Positions 41,001 through 48,900 of a DNA stretch of 64,000 nt are shown in pieces. The first letter of the stretch is position 1; each line of letters begins with the position of its first letter. The translations under genes were made by a program, and so were the position numbers. The DNA is from Chthoniobacteraceae bacterium (GTDB lineage: Bacteria; Verrucomicrobiota; Verrucomicrobiia; Chthoniobacterales; Chthoniobacteraceae): NCBI GenBank assembly GCA_040081625.1, contig JBEBGD010000005.1, positions 46,966 through 110,965 on the forward strand, written 5' to 3'. The notes under the pieces were generated by a model, which had not been told where the DNA came from, did no database searches, and saw only the letters and a list, made by a program, of their open reading frames with translations.

Positions 41001-43904
41001 AACATCGAGCTCGGCGCGAACCTGCTCAGCCTGAACAGCGGTTCGACCAACAGCACGATCCCCGGCGTCATCAGCGGAACCGGCGGACAGCTCGCGAAGC
41101 TCGGCGCCGGCACGCTGACGCTGACCGCCGCAAACACCTACACGGGCACGACGACGGTGAGCGCGGGAGCCTTGAACATCCGAAACGGAAGCGCGCTGGG
41201 AAGCGTCGCCGGCGGGACGACCGTCGCGGCGGGCGCGGCGCTGGAAATCGAAGCCGGCATCACCACCCTGGCCGAACCGCTGACCTTGAACGGCACGGGC
41301 GTCGGCGGGACTGGCGCGCTGCGGAATATCAGCGGCAACAATATCTACGCGGGCTTGATCACGCTCGGCAGCATCACGCGGATCAACTCGGACGTGGGCA
41401 GCAACCTCACGCTCAGCAATCCCGGCACGATCACCGGTGCGACGTTCGGGCTGGCGGTGGGTGGCGCGGGAAACACCACGATCGATAGCATCATCGGCAC
41501 GACCACGGGCACGCTGAACAAGGACGGCGCCGGCATCCTCACGCTCACCGCGGTGAGCACCTACAGCGGCGACACGACGGTGAGCGGCGGGACGCTGGCG
41601 CTGGGCGTGAACAACGCACTGCCCGTCACGGGCGTTCACGTCCCCACCGGCGCCACTCTTCAGCTCAACGCCTTCAACCAGACCGTCTCCAGCCTCGACC
41701 TGAACGGCGGCTTCGTCGGCGGCACAGGCACGTTGACGAGCCTCAGCAATCTCCTGCTCAACGGCGGCCAGATCGCCGCGATCCTCGCCGGCAACATCAA
41801 CATCACCGCGAACACCGGCACCACGACGCTGAGCAATCCGGCGAACACCTTCACCGGCCTCGTCACGGTCACCTCCAGCATGAGCGTGCCGTCCGACGGC
41901 GCCCTCGGCAATCTCGGCAACGGGCTGGTCATCGGAGCCAACGGAACGCTCATCGTCACCGGCACATTCAGCAGCGCGCGGCACATCACCGCAAACGGCG
42001 CCGCGCCGTCGATCAGTGTCGATGCCACCAAGACGCTCACGCTCACAGGCCTCATCGACGGCACCGGTGTGATGCAGAAAACGGGCGCGGGCAAACTGCT
42101 CCTCGGGACCACGGTCATGGGCAACGTCTCGCTGACCGCCGGCACTCCGGCGACCACATTCGGGCACGAGACCGTCAGCCTCACCGGCACCGGTTCCGTC
42201 GTCCTCACGCTGGTCAGCGACGGGGCAGGCGGCACGCGCATCGGCACCATGGCGCTATCGGGCACGAATGCCGCGACCGTCCTGACGATCAATGGCTCGG
42301 GCGTGCCGCGGACCGTCATCGACCACATCATCAGTCTCAATCCGAACGACGAGATCGGGACGATCAAACTCGGCCCCACCGTCGTGCTCGGCGACGGACT
42401 GGATGACGGGATCGCCGACATCGACATCCGTGGCAAGGTCGGCAAGCTCCTGCTCAACGACATCAGCAGCTACGCACTCATCGAGCTTGGCAAGGGGCTG
42501 CCTTACGACGCGCCGGGCAACATCACGCCCGACTCTTACAACAACCGTCCCGACATCACGCTGCGGAATGTCGGTGGCCCTGGAGTCATCATCGACGTGA
42601 CCGGCAATGGCATCGCCGGCGAACAACCCGGCAGCCTCGGCGGCGGCGGATTGGGGAAGGTCGTCGTGAGTTACTGGCCCGACGCCGGCTTGATCAAGAC
42701 CACGCAGAGCATCGGCTCATTCCTGCTCAGCCGCGGTGACTGCAAGATCGTCTTCGAAGTGGACAAGTTTCACAAAGGCGTGCTGACCACGGCTGGCATC
42801 GGCTCGATGTCCGTGCCGAAGGGCGCCTGGGCCAGCACGGGAAGCATCGTCGAAGGAGAGACCGTCACGATGACCACGGCGCAGTTCCTCGCCGGGGCGA
42901 ACTTCACTTCCGGGAAGCTCACGACCTTCACCGTGAATGGAGACTTCCTCGGTTCCGTGACGTCGGAGGGCGCGATGCGAAATGTCACGATCAAGGGTGC
43001 GTTCAAGGGATCGCTCCAGGCGGCCTCGGTCGGCAAGATCACGGCGGAGTATTTCGATGGCACCGACCTCACCAATAGCGATCCCTTTGGCGATTCCTCG
43101 CGGCGCAACATCAACATTACGGGCGGCGCGCTCGGCTTGCTCACCGCGAAGCCGCACGACCTCGATACCTTCGGCATCAAGAACTACGAGATCGCCGTCG
43201 CCACCAGCTTCGGCGGCATCACCGTCACGGACAAAACCGCGCCGGGCAGCTTCGTCGCCATCGATCACGTGACGGTCCAGGCCGGTTCGATCGGCAACAC
43301 CACCGTATCCATCACCGCTCCATCCACCGCCAAGGCCATCCAGAACTCCGTCTTCGAGAGCAATGGAGCGATGGGCACGATCACGACCACCCACAGCATC
43401 ACGACCTCGATGTTCGCCGCCGCCACGAACATCGCGCAGGTGACGGTCAAGGGCGGCCTTTCGTCCTCGAAGATCCTCGCGGGCACCTTCCTCGGCGACG
43501 ATGCGGCGCTCGGCGGCGTGGGCAGCGCGGCGGATGTCTTCAACAAGAGCTACAAGATCGCCGGGGTGAAAGTGCTCGGCGCATTCGTCGCCAGCACGAT
43601 TGCCGTCGGGGTCGATTCCGTGGACGGCATCTACGGCAACGGCAACGATGTGCTTGCGTCACTCGGCACGGCGCCGGGCGGTGCGACCAGGGCGATCGGC
43701 GCGCTGATTTTCGGACCCGGCAGCGGCACCGTGGGCGCGTCGCCTTCCGGCGCTCATACGAGCGCGATCGAAGCGGCCTCCATCAAGAGCCTGGTCGTGA
43801 ATGGCGTCGCCGTTTCCCCGCTTCCGGCCGCCCTGCCAAAGTATCTGGACCTCGGCTTGGCCGGCGAAGACTCGGCGGACGTGATCGTGCGCATCCTGAG
43901 CTGA
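32016..43904 (+). CDS. Giant (3962 aa) repetitive surface protein with PVC-type LEPR-XLL-like N-terminal motif and autotransporter-associated beta-strand repeats
   Basis: Uninterrupted ORF; RRRR...VEVLEARISPA; repeated LTKxGxGTLxLxxxNTYTGxTTxxxGxL; no recognisable C-terminal beta-barrel. Confidence 0.88.
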   Translation: MKTKPLTRRRRGVSAPAVEVLEARISPASLASLDVAGNISVLGDQGATSEIETLIFTVNAGELHIVDPTHPITAGPGFIQSGANEVTIALTLFTGNLTVDTGTGADTLAFSSDLNLPGDGTLASGAITFNNSITLATDKTLTVSATDTISLPNTGSDLATSGAGAMSLTTLKNISLASGASITTVNGDLTLSANAAGTTTGNFSGVDVNAGLVQATGTGVVSVTGRGGDTGMRNVGVHVQAGGDIIGGTTGTTIVNGTGGPGNVIANEGIRLTDSGSSITSGGANVSVTGQAGGSGTAGSNYGVNVYLGALLSAGGSGNVTVMGTGAANLGSDNYGVNLQSSGSQITSSGGNVSVTGVSGGTGSGGAAAGISIDSGTVSAGGSGTVTVIGTGDLTSSGVNVNLGIDVRFTSTITSSGGNVQVTGAAGAANSSTLGEGAGIRVFGDSLITAGGSGTVTVSGTGGAGPTASAHGVFVSGSNLNSNLARIGAANGATTITATSGNTSSIALSVGTNNAGRITTGTNNPITITADSIDFGGSATISSGTGATTIQTRTSGTFINLGGADVLTGSPLTLGLTDAELDKVTASTLTIGDSSSGAITVSAALTHPNNLSLTTGGGVTFNQAVTMAVNKNLTVSALSTTTGAISLATTNSDLVASGTGAISLTTVANIALASGSSIAVVDGDLTLSANAASTGSFSAAGIDLNGGTITTSGTGNVSLTAKAPTNAGGIQVRGGAKILSTGAVLATQGKLTLNGRVTNGGTDVTVTGTGSEIKSLSGDISVTGGIDGGVAHTGILVSSSGSIESTGTAKITLNGYSRSATAVIIDTLGQVKSADGAIAIAGTLNDTPSKGITVQGGGKVQSTGLATITMDTYASAGGGSAGSHGITITGTGSEVTSVTAAIVLTGQPKAFSNNSYSVYILSGGKVASTSGDITLAGRDSSRTGNLAINYSSTVPISTSGTITLIGGGGSTGSGMSLTGGLISGTAGVTIRPGPGNAIDLGTAADNTNSLGLSDAELDIITTAGTLTIGDSASGAITVTAAISRPASTNVALTGGSSIIFNPGTLNTSGGTLALTPGASGSVQPITSGTEVTASSVSFESGADLAIAINGTTLDTQYRQLNVVGGVNLTGVDLVLSGSHVPVGGQTFTIVENDGTDAITGTFNGLAQGATITGFLGSALSATISYTGGSGNDVVLTAVAPPETDVSLSGGNLVVTDSNGGTSTDTITITLNGANVRITDPSNTVGAGAGATQIDANTVEVALASITGNIQVSTLGGDDTLTLALAGGDFIVAGGLTYAGGAAGTDKLMVTGGAQGTVTYNFTNANDGSVVLSNFGTVNFTGLEATTNSGSATDIVFNLPTTASTATLADDGTTSNGLSRLSAATFVTNDFSNPSGSLTLNRGNSADTLTINALPDFDASLTLSSGANPFSTLTFAGAVTLAASKTLSANASGTISLGAAGALTTSGTGAISLTGADVTGSGNLSADGGLTLTNTGTSSTLSGIISGVGALTKLGTGTQILTGTNTYTGTTTISGGSLQIGSGGTTGTLGTGSVINNANLTFDRSNFIGVNNAIGGTGSVFANGIGQTLYFGNANTYTGQTQVNAGRLVLGNSASLGSTAGGTVVAVGATLDLNGNGIAVGAEALTIQGAGAPGALAALQSNNVGNSSWAGVVTLAGATTIGGNQPGTTLTLGGIVTGAFALTKNGPNTLILSGANTYTGTTTISGGTLQVGNGGTTGTLGTGAVTNNSALVFNRSDSITIANNISGTGSLNVTAGGITASGVWNLGDDAILNSTAGITFNNAVTMAVNKGFTASASGTISLPNATSDIATSGTGIINMNGSTGVVLAAGSSLATVDGGIVVTSTSGGLNLNGTTLTTSGIGNVSLTGTGSLGTQLSNGAQVLSTATGLLANQGLLTLAGTGSGSSTGLVISSGSSVISVDGAISITGTGTAAGALTSIGIRVDASTVESTGPATITMVGRGSSGLNGGGHHGIFVTGGTAQITSVTGNISLDGQSGFGRGGDSHGVFVVSGADVTGTGSANVSILGVSPLTSGAGSNSNGIVISGAGSRITSANGTLALDGSGADEASSEGVVITAAGEVASTNGNIAVTGTVRVGGSNPTGAGIIYDSVTPLTTSGTITLISGTNIGARMILDNGAISGAAGVTLRAGNGIAIDLGSTLDTAANGLELSDAELDLITTAGTLQIGDSTSGTITVSAAITHANHLSLTTGAGVTFNQAVTMAANKNLTATANGTSNGTISLSSTNSDLTTGGTGAISLTTARDITLASGASVATVNGNLTLSANQQVTPTSGSFTGVFFNDAVVQATGSGAVTVLGKSGDGSFQQRGIYLFTGGNIIGGTSGTVTVQGTTGAATGTQADGIFLFGAGTTITSTGANVAVSGTGASTASSDNQGVYVSTGATITAGGSGTVTVTGISGAGSVSAGVRSIGGIITSAGGAVTVEGASSVLNAISLSGSGAEISSGGTAPLTLIGDSFSRGAPSIVRAGTAGDATVTFKPRTAGTFINLGGADVLTGSPKTLGLTDAELDAVSAATLQIGDANSGALTVSAAITHANDLSLTTGAGVTFNQAVTMAANKNFTASASGTIGFANTNADLATSGTGAIFLATARDISLVSGSSVATVDGNLTLRANLDGMTSGNFIGISSSGGTVQTTGAGVILISGIGGNSGAGTDGVRLSNSASVSGASVTITGFGGTSTARAYGVVVLSGATVTSSSGTVSVTGTGGAGTDHNYGVYVQDGGITSGGGGVNVTGTGSSAAGSFDNYGVYVEFSGQITAGGAGSVMVTGTGGGPTGGGFGVRVGYGGTITSSGGNVTVMGNGGTDGGGGNYGVGLDSSSGSTRITAGGTGLVSVTGIAGAGSSVGVFVEGNDSAITSSGGPVTVAGTGGMNVGTDLNHGIHLTSTGSMVTSGGGNVTLTGTKGTGANSFGIRLDGASVTTAVNGGNITFDATTVALGAPTTITTDRPAGTDGAIIFTGNIELGANLLSLNSGSTNSTIPGVISGTGGQLAKLGAGTLTLTAANTYTGTTTVSAGALNIRNGSALGSVAGGTTVAAGAALEIEAGITTLAEPLTLNGTGVGGTGALRNISGNNIYAGLITLGSITRINSDVGSNLTLSNPGTITGATFGLAVGGAGNTTIDSIIGTTTGTLNKDGAGILTLTAVSTYSGDTTVSGGTLALGVNNALPVTGVHVPTGATLQLNAFNQTVSSLDLNGGFVGGTGTLTSLSNLLLNGGQIAAILAGNINITANTGTTTLSNPANTFTGLVTVTSSMSVPSDGALGNLGNGLVIGANGTLIVTGTFSSARHITANGAAPSISVDATKTLTLTGLIDGTGVMQKTGAGKLLLGTTVMGNVSLTAGTPATTFGHETVSLTGTGSVVLTLVSDGAGGTRIGTMALSGTNAATVLTINGSGVPRTVIDHIISLNPNDEIGTIKLGPTVVLGDGLDDGIADIDIRGKVGKLLLNDISSYALIELGKGLPYDAPGNITPDSYNNRPDITLRNVGGPGVIIDVTGNGIAGEQPGSLGGGGLGKVVVSYWPDAGLIKTTQSIGSFLLSRGDCKIVFEVDKFHKGVLTTAGIGSMSVPKGAWASTGSIVEGETVTMTTAQFLAGANFTSGKLTTFTVNGDFLGSVTSEGAMRNVTIKGAFKGSLQAASVGKITAEYFDGTDLTNSDPFGDSSRRNINITGGALGLLTAKPHDLDTFGIKNYEIAVATSFGGITVTDKTAPGSFVAIDHVTVQAGSIGNTTVSITAPSTAKAIQNSVFESNGAMGTITTTHSITTSMFAAATNIAQVTVKGGLSSSKILAGTFLGDDAALGGVGSAADVFNKSYKIAGVKVLGAFVASTIAVGVDSVDGIYGNGNDVLASLGTAPGGATRAIGALIFGPGSGTVGASPSGAHTSAIEAASIKSLVVNGVAVSPLPAALPKYLDLGLAGEDSADVIVRILS
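38691..39806 (+). repeat. Identical 63-bp intragenic repeat (38691-38753 and 39744-39806) in the giant gene
   Basis: tcgctcacgaccggcgcgggcgtgactttcaaccaggcggtgacgatggcggcgaacaagaac occurs at both positions. Confidence 0.85.
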
Positions 43905-43908
43905 GGCT

Positions 43909-45834
43909 TCAGAACGCGTTGAAGGAAACGACGATGTGCCAGCCGTCGTCCTGCAGGCTCGTGCGGGGATTGTGCAAGTCGATGAAGGGGTGACCCCAAT
44001 AGACTGAGACTTGCGAATGCTTGGTGGCGTTGATGAGAAGGCCGACGCCGGCGCTGTAGATGTCCTGATATTGGTTCTCGAACTTGTTCACGTTCCAGCC
44101 CGCGCCGTAGTCGAAGAACGGGGCAACGCTGACGATAGGTGACTTGTCGGCTGCCAGCCAGACCGGCACGCGCAACTCGGCGGAGGCGAACCAGCCGTTG
44201 TCGCGCAGCAGTTGATTCTCGCGGTAACCGCGAACGCTATGGGCCCCGCCGAGGCTGAATTGTTCGAGCGCGAGCAGCGGCTCGTCGCTCAACTGGACGT
44301 TGGCCCGGAGGACCAGGAGCGATTCGCGCAACAGGCGCATCGCGCCTTTGTCCGGCTCGGTCCGCGGGATTGCCGTGTCGAAAATGCGGCGCACGTATTG
44401 TCCCTGTCCGAGCCACGTGAAGAACTTGCTGTCGGGCACCTCCGGGTCGGCGCCCATGACGCCCGCGCCCGAGGTGGTGCCTGTGAAGCTGCGCGGATCG
44501 TAACGCGTCGCGCCGAAGTTGTAGGAGCCCACGCTGATCGTCGAGCGCAGCGCCAGCACGTAAAGCTGACTGCGGTTCACCCACTCCAGGACGGCGCGCG
44601 TGGCGAAGACATCCGACTCGCCCTGGATCGCGCCGGCAGAAAGCGTGAACGGGATGCCGAGCAGAAACGACTCGCTGTGCTTGCGATCGGCGACCAGCGA
44701 AAGCGTGACGGTGTTTTGCAGCGTTTCGTGAAGCGGCTGTCGCAACGCCAGTTCGAGTTGCTGCGATTTGCTGGTGATGCCGAGCGCGGCAAAGGTTTCG
44801 TCGATGATGCTTGAGTCGCTCTTCGCCGCGCGCACGCCGAACTTCGTGCCCCACGGCGAGATCGGGAACTCGTAACTTCCTTCGACATTGTCGAAGCCCG
44901 CGTAATCGATCGCGCCATCCTTCGTCCATTCCACGAGGCCCCAGCGCAACTCGATGGGATCGTCGTGTCCGGTCAGGTTCAAGTTCTGGAGGTAAAATGC
45001 GCCGAGCCCCTCGGCGACGCTGGGCGGGCGCTGGTTGCTGATCTCGAATCCCAGCCGGAAGGGCTGCTTCTCCTCCACCGCGACGTGGAGGATGCTCTCG
45101 CCGGGGCGCACCCCGGGACTCAGCTCCGCGTTGACCTGTCGGATGCCGGGATTCTGCCGCATCAGTTGCAAGCCGGTCTTCAGCCCGAACACGTTCAGCG
45201 GCCAGCCCGCCGCCCTGCGGATCTGGTGTCGAAGCCACCAGCGGCGGAACCAAAAGTTTCCATTCACATCGATCTCGGCGAGCCGGCCCTCGACGAGATG
45301 AAACTTCACGACGCCGTCTTTCAAATCCTGATCCGGCAGCACCGCGCCGGAGCTGATGAATCCGGCGTCCACGTAGTGCTTGGTGAGCGCGACCCGCGCG
45401 GCTTCGAGTTCGTCGCTATCAATCTCGCGGCCCGAGTAGCGTGCCACCACGGCGCCGAGTTGGCGGGAGGAGAACTGATGGTTGCCGGTGAACTCGAAGC
45501 GCTTCACGAGCACGCGGACGCTGCTCGCGAACGGCTGCTGCGCGACGCCCGGGTCCAGCGGCGGCAGCACGGGCTGCATGGCGTCGAGCGCGAGCTTGAG
45601 CGTGAAGTGCGGCAGCGGTTCCGGCTTCTCAACGGTCTGCGGCAGCATGGGCAGTTCGTCAGGGAGGAGGATCAACTCCGTGGCGCCGCCGGGCTTGAGC
45701 GGATCGGCGGGCAGCGGGTCCGCGGGCAGTGGTGCGGGCTGCTGAGCCAGTGCACCCCACACACCCCAGAATGCGACGAGCAATCGTGCGAAACGACGTG
45801 GAATTTGCGAGTGAAGCCGGGGCATTCGGTTCAC
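43909..45834 (-). CDS. ShlB/FhaC/HecB (TpsB, Omp85) family outer-membrane transporter
   Basis: POTRA (FTGN...YVDAGFISS), LGGAHSVRGYRE motif, FFDYG, terminal Phe. Confidence 0.9.
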   Translation of the reverse strand: MNRMPRLHSQIPRRFARLLVAFWGVWGALAQQPAPLPADPLPADPLKPGGATELILLPDELPMLPQTVEKPEPLPHFTLKLALDAMQPVLPPLDPGVAQQPFASSVRVLVKRFEFTGNHQFSSRQLGAVVARYSGREIDSDELEAARVALTKHYVDAGFISSGAVLPDQDLKDGVVKFHLVEGRLAEIDVNGNFWFRRWWLRHQIRRAAGWPLNVFGLKTGLQLMRQNPGIRQVNAELSPGVRPGESILHVAVEEKQPFRLGFEISNQRPPSVAEGLGAFYLQNLNLTGHDDPIELRWGLVEWTKDGAIDYAGFDNVEGSYEFPISPWGTKFGVRAAKSDSSIIDETFAALGITSKSQQLELALRQPLHETLQNTVTLSLVADRKHSESFLLGIPFTLSAGAIQGESDVFATRAVLEWVNRSQLYVLALRSTISVGSYNFGATRYDPRSFTGTTSGAGVMGADPEVPDSKFFTWLGQGQYVRRIFDTAIPRTEPDKGAMRLLRESLLVLRANVQLSDEPLLALEQFSLGGAHSVRGYRENQLLRDNGWFASAELRVPVWLAADKSPIVSVAPFFDYGAGWNVNKFENQYQDIYSAGVGLLINATKHSQVSVYWGHPFIDLHNPRTSLQDDGWHIVVSFNAF

Positions 45835-45984
45835 TGATTACCTCGTCAGACCGATGCATTACGAGTGCGGATTTATTTGTATTGTCGCGAGGTGGCGCGC
45901 CCACTACTCCTGATCCGCTCAGCGTGTGAGAATGCGACCCGAATGGGGCCGGGCATGTTGGGCGTCAATTCCGCCTCACTCTCC

Positions 45985-48900
45985 ATGCATTTGTTTCTTC
46001 CCTCCGCTATGCACTCTGGTCGCTCGCGCGTCCTGCCTGCGCTCGTGCTGCTCGTGGCCGCTTTGGCTTTCGAAGGTTTTCTCGCGCACCCCGCCGCCGC
46101 ACAAGTTCCATCCGCGCTCAAGTATTCCATCGCCGCGCCGGCGGCCGGCTTCGGTTCCTCGGTGGCGGTGTCCGGCTCGCTCATGGTCGTCGGAGCGCCC
46201 GATTCGGAGAGCGCGTTTGTGTATGACTTGAGCAGCGCGACGCCCGCCGTGCCCGTCTTCACGCTGAACAATCCGAGCGTGGGCACCGATGACTTCTTCG
46301 GCACCTCGGTCGCGATCTCGGGCTCGCGCGTGGTCGTGGGAGCGCCGGCGGACGACACGGGCGCGGACGATGCAGGTCGGGTGTATGTGTATAACCTCGG
46401 CAGCGGCACGCCCACGCTGCCCGCGAATACACTCAACAACCCGAGCCCCGAGGACGGCGACGCCTTCGGCAGCGCCGTGGCCATCGCGGGCACGCGCGTG
46501 GTGGTTGGCGCACCGGCGGACGATACGGGGACCGACGACGCAGGCAGCGCGTATGTGTATAACCTGAGCAGCGGCACGCCAACGGTGCCCGTCACCACGC
46601 TCATCAATCCCAGCCCGGCGGTGAATGATCAGTTCGGCACCTCGGTGGCCATCTCCGGTGCGCTCGTGGTGGTCGGAGCGCTCGCGGACGACGCTGGAGC
46701 GGAGGACTCTGGCAGCGCCTACGTGTATAATGTCGGCGGTGTGACGCCGGCGGTGCCCGTGGCCACGCTCAACAATCCCGGCCCGGCGGCCGGAGATCGA
46801 TTTGGTTTCGCAGTGGCTATCTCCGGCACGCGCGTGGTGGTGGGGGCTGTGGAAGACGACACGGGCGCGCTTGATGCGGGAAGTGCGTATGTCTATGACG
46901 TGGCCGGGGGCACGCCGACGGTGCCCGTGTCCACGCTGAACAATCCCGGCCCGGCGGCGGTGGACCACTTCGGCTCGGCGGTGGCAATCTCCGGCACGTT
47001 GGTGGTCGTGGGAGTGCCTAATGACGCGGCCAATATTGGCAGCACGCATCTCTTCGACCTCACGGGCGCGATGCCGACGGTGCCCGTGGCCACGCTGCAC
47101 AAGCTCAGCCCGGCAGCGGATGATTACTTCGGCACCGCAGTGGCCGCCGACGGAAACACGGTCGTCATCGGAACGCCGTTCGCGGTGACTCCGGCGCTCG
47201 ATTCCGGCGGGGTGTATGTCTTTGGCGCGCCGTTTGCGCCGGAGCCGGACACGCTCTTCCACTCGATCCCCGCGGGCGGCGCCGGCTTCGGCACCTCGGT
47301 GGCGCTCTCCGGCACGCTGATGGTGGTCGGGGCGCCCGACGACGATACGGGTGCGACCGACGCGGGCAGTGCATCCGTCTATGACCTCAGCAGCGGCACG
47401 CCGACAGTGCCAGTCTTCACGCTGCTCAATCCGAGCCCGGCGATGAATGACCGATTCGGCAGATCGGTGGCAATCTCCGGCACGCGCGTGGCGGTGGGGG
47501 CGTATCAGGACGACACGGGCGCGATCGACGCGGGGAGCGCGTATGTCTATGACCTTACCAGTGGCACGCCGACCGTGCCGGTGGTGACGCTGAACAACCC
47601 CGGCCCGGCGGCGGGCGACCGCTTCGGCTTTGCGGTGGCGATTTCCGGCACGCGTGTGGTGGTGGGGGCTTATCAGGAGGACACCGGGGAGACCGATTCG
47701 GGAAGCGCGTATGTCTATGATCTCACCAGCGGCACGCCGGCGGTGCCAGTCTTCACGCTGAACCACCCCAGCCCGGAAACGGCTGCGAACTTCGGCTTCT
47801 CGCTGGCGATCGACGGCCTTCGGGTGGTGGTGGGCGCTTATCTCAACGACACGGGCGCGGATGACGCGGGGAGCGCGTATGTCTATGACCTTGGCAGCGG
47901 GACGCCGACGGTGCCCGCCTTCGTGCTGCACAACCCCGGCCCGGAGGTGGACGACCGCTTCGGCAATTCGGTGGGGATCTCCGGCACGCGTGTGGTGGTG
48001 GGTGCGGCCGGGGATGCGACGGGCGCGGAGGACGCCGGGAGCGTGTATGTCTATGACCTGAGTGGCGGGACGCCGACGGCACCCGCCTTTACGTTGAACA
48101 ATCCGGCCCCGGAGGTGTTCGGACTCTTCGGGACCGCGGTGGCCGTCTCCGGCAGGCGGGTGGTGGGGGGCGCTCCCGCGAATGCGGGCTATGGCGCGAG
48201 CACCTTTGTCTATGATCTCAACAGCCCGACGCCCACGGTGCCCGTGGTCACGCTGCAGAAGCCGGGCGTGGCGGAGGAGGATAACTTCGGCTCCGCCGTG
48301 ACGATCGACGGCACCACGGCGGCCGTGGGTGCGCCTTTTTCCCCCACCAACGTGGTCTATCCGGGCGCCGTGTATGTGTTCGGCACCACCGCCATCCCGG
48401 GGATCGCCGTGGAAGTGCCAGTCGGTGTGACCCTGCTGGACGGCACAAGCAGCGTGAGCTTCGGCTCCGTCGTCGTGGGTGCCAGCAGCGCGCCGAAAGT
48501 ATTTACGATCAGGAACACCGGGGTCGCCGATTTGACCGGCCTGTCGGTGACCAAGGACGGGCCGAACTCGGGCGACTTCACCGTGAGCGCGCTGGGGGCG
48601 ACGACCCTGACGACCGGGCAGATCACGACCTTCACCGTCACCTTCAACCCCGTCGCCAACGGCCCTCACAGCGCGGCCATTCACATCGCGAGCAATGTGG
48701 GCGGAAGTAAAAATCCATTTGATCTCGCCTTCGCCGGCACTGGCGGGGTCGATAGCTTTTTCTTCGCGGGGAGCGTGAGCCCGGGCGCGCTGCTCGATGT
48801 GATCTTCGGCCGCACCGGCCACGCGCTGACTGGCGTGAGTGGCGTGACTGGTGGGACGGCGATGATCGTGGGTGGGAAGGTGCGCTTCGTCGTGACCGAC

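Noticed and set aside
46100..48390. CRISPR-like periodic repeats
   Set aside because: Repeats are in-frame, degenerate at third positions and encode FG-GAP blades; no cas genes
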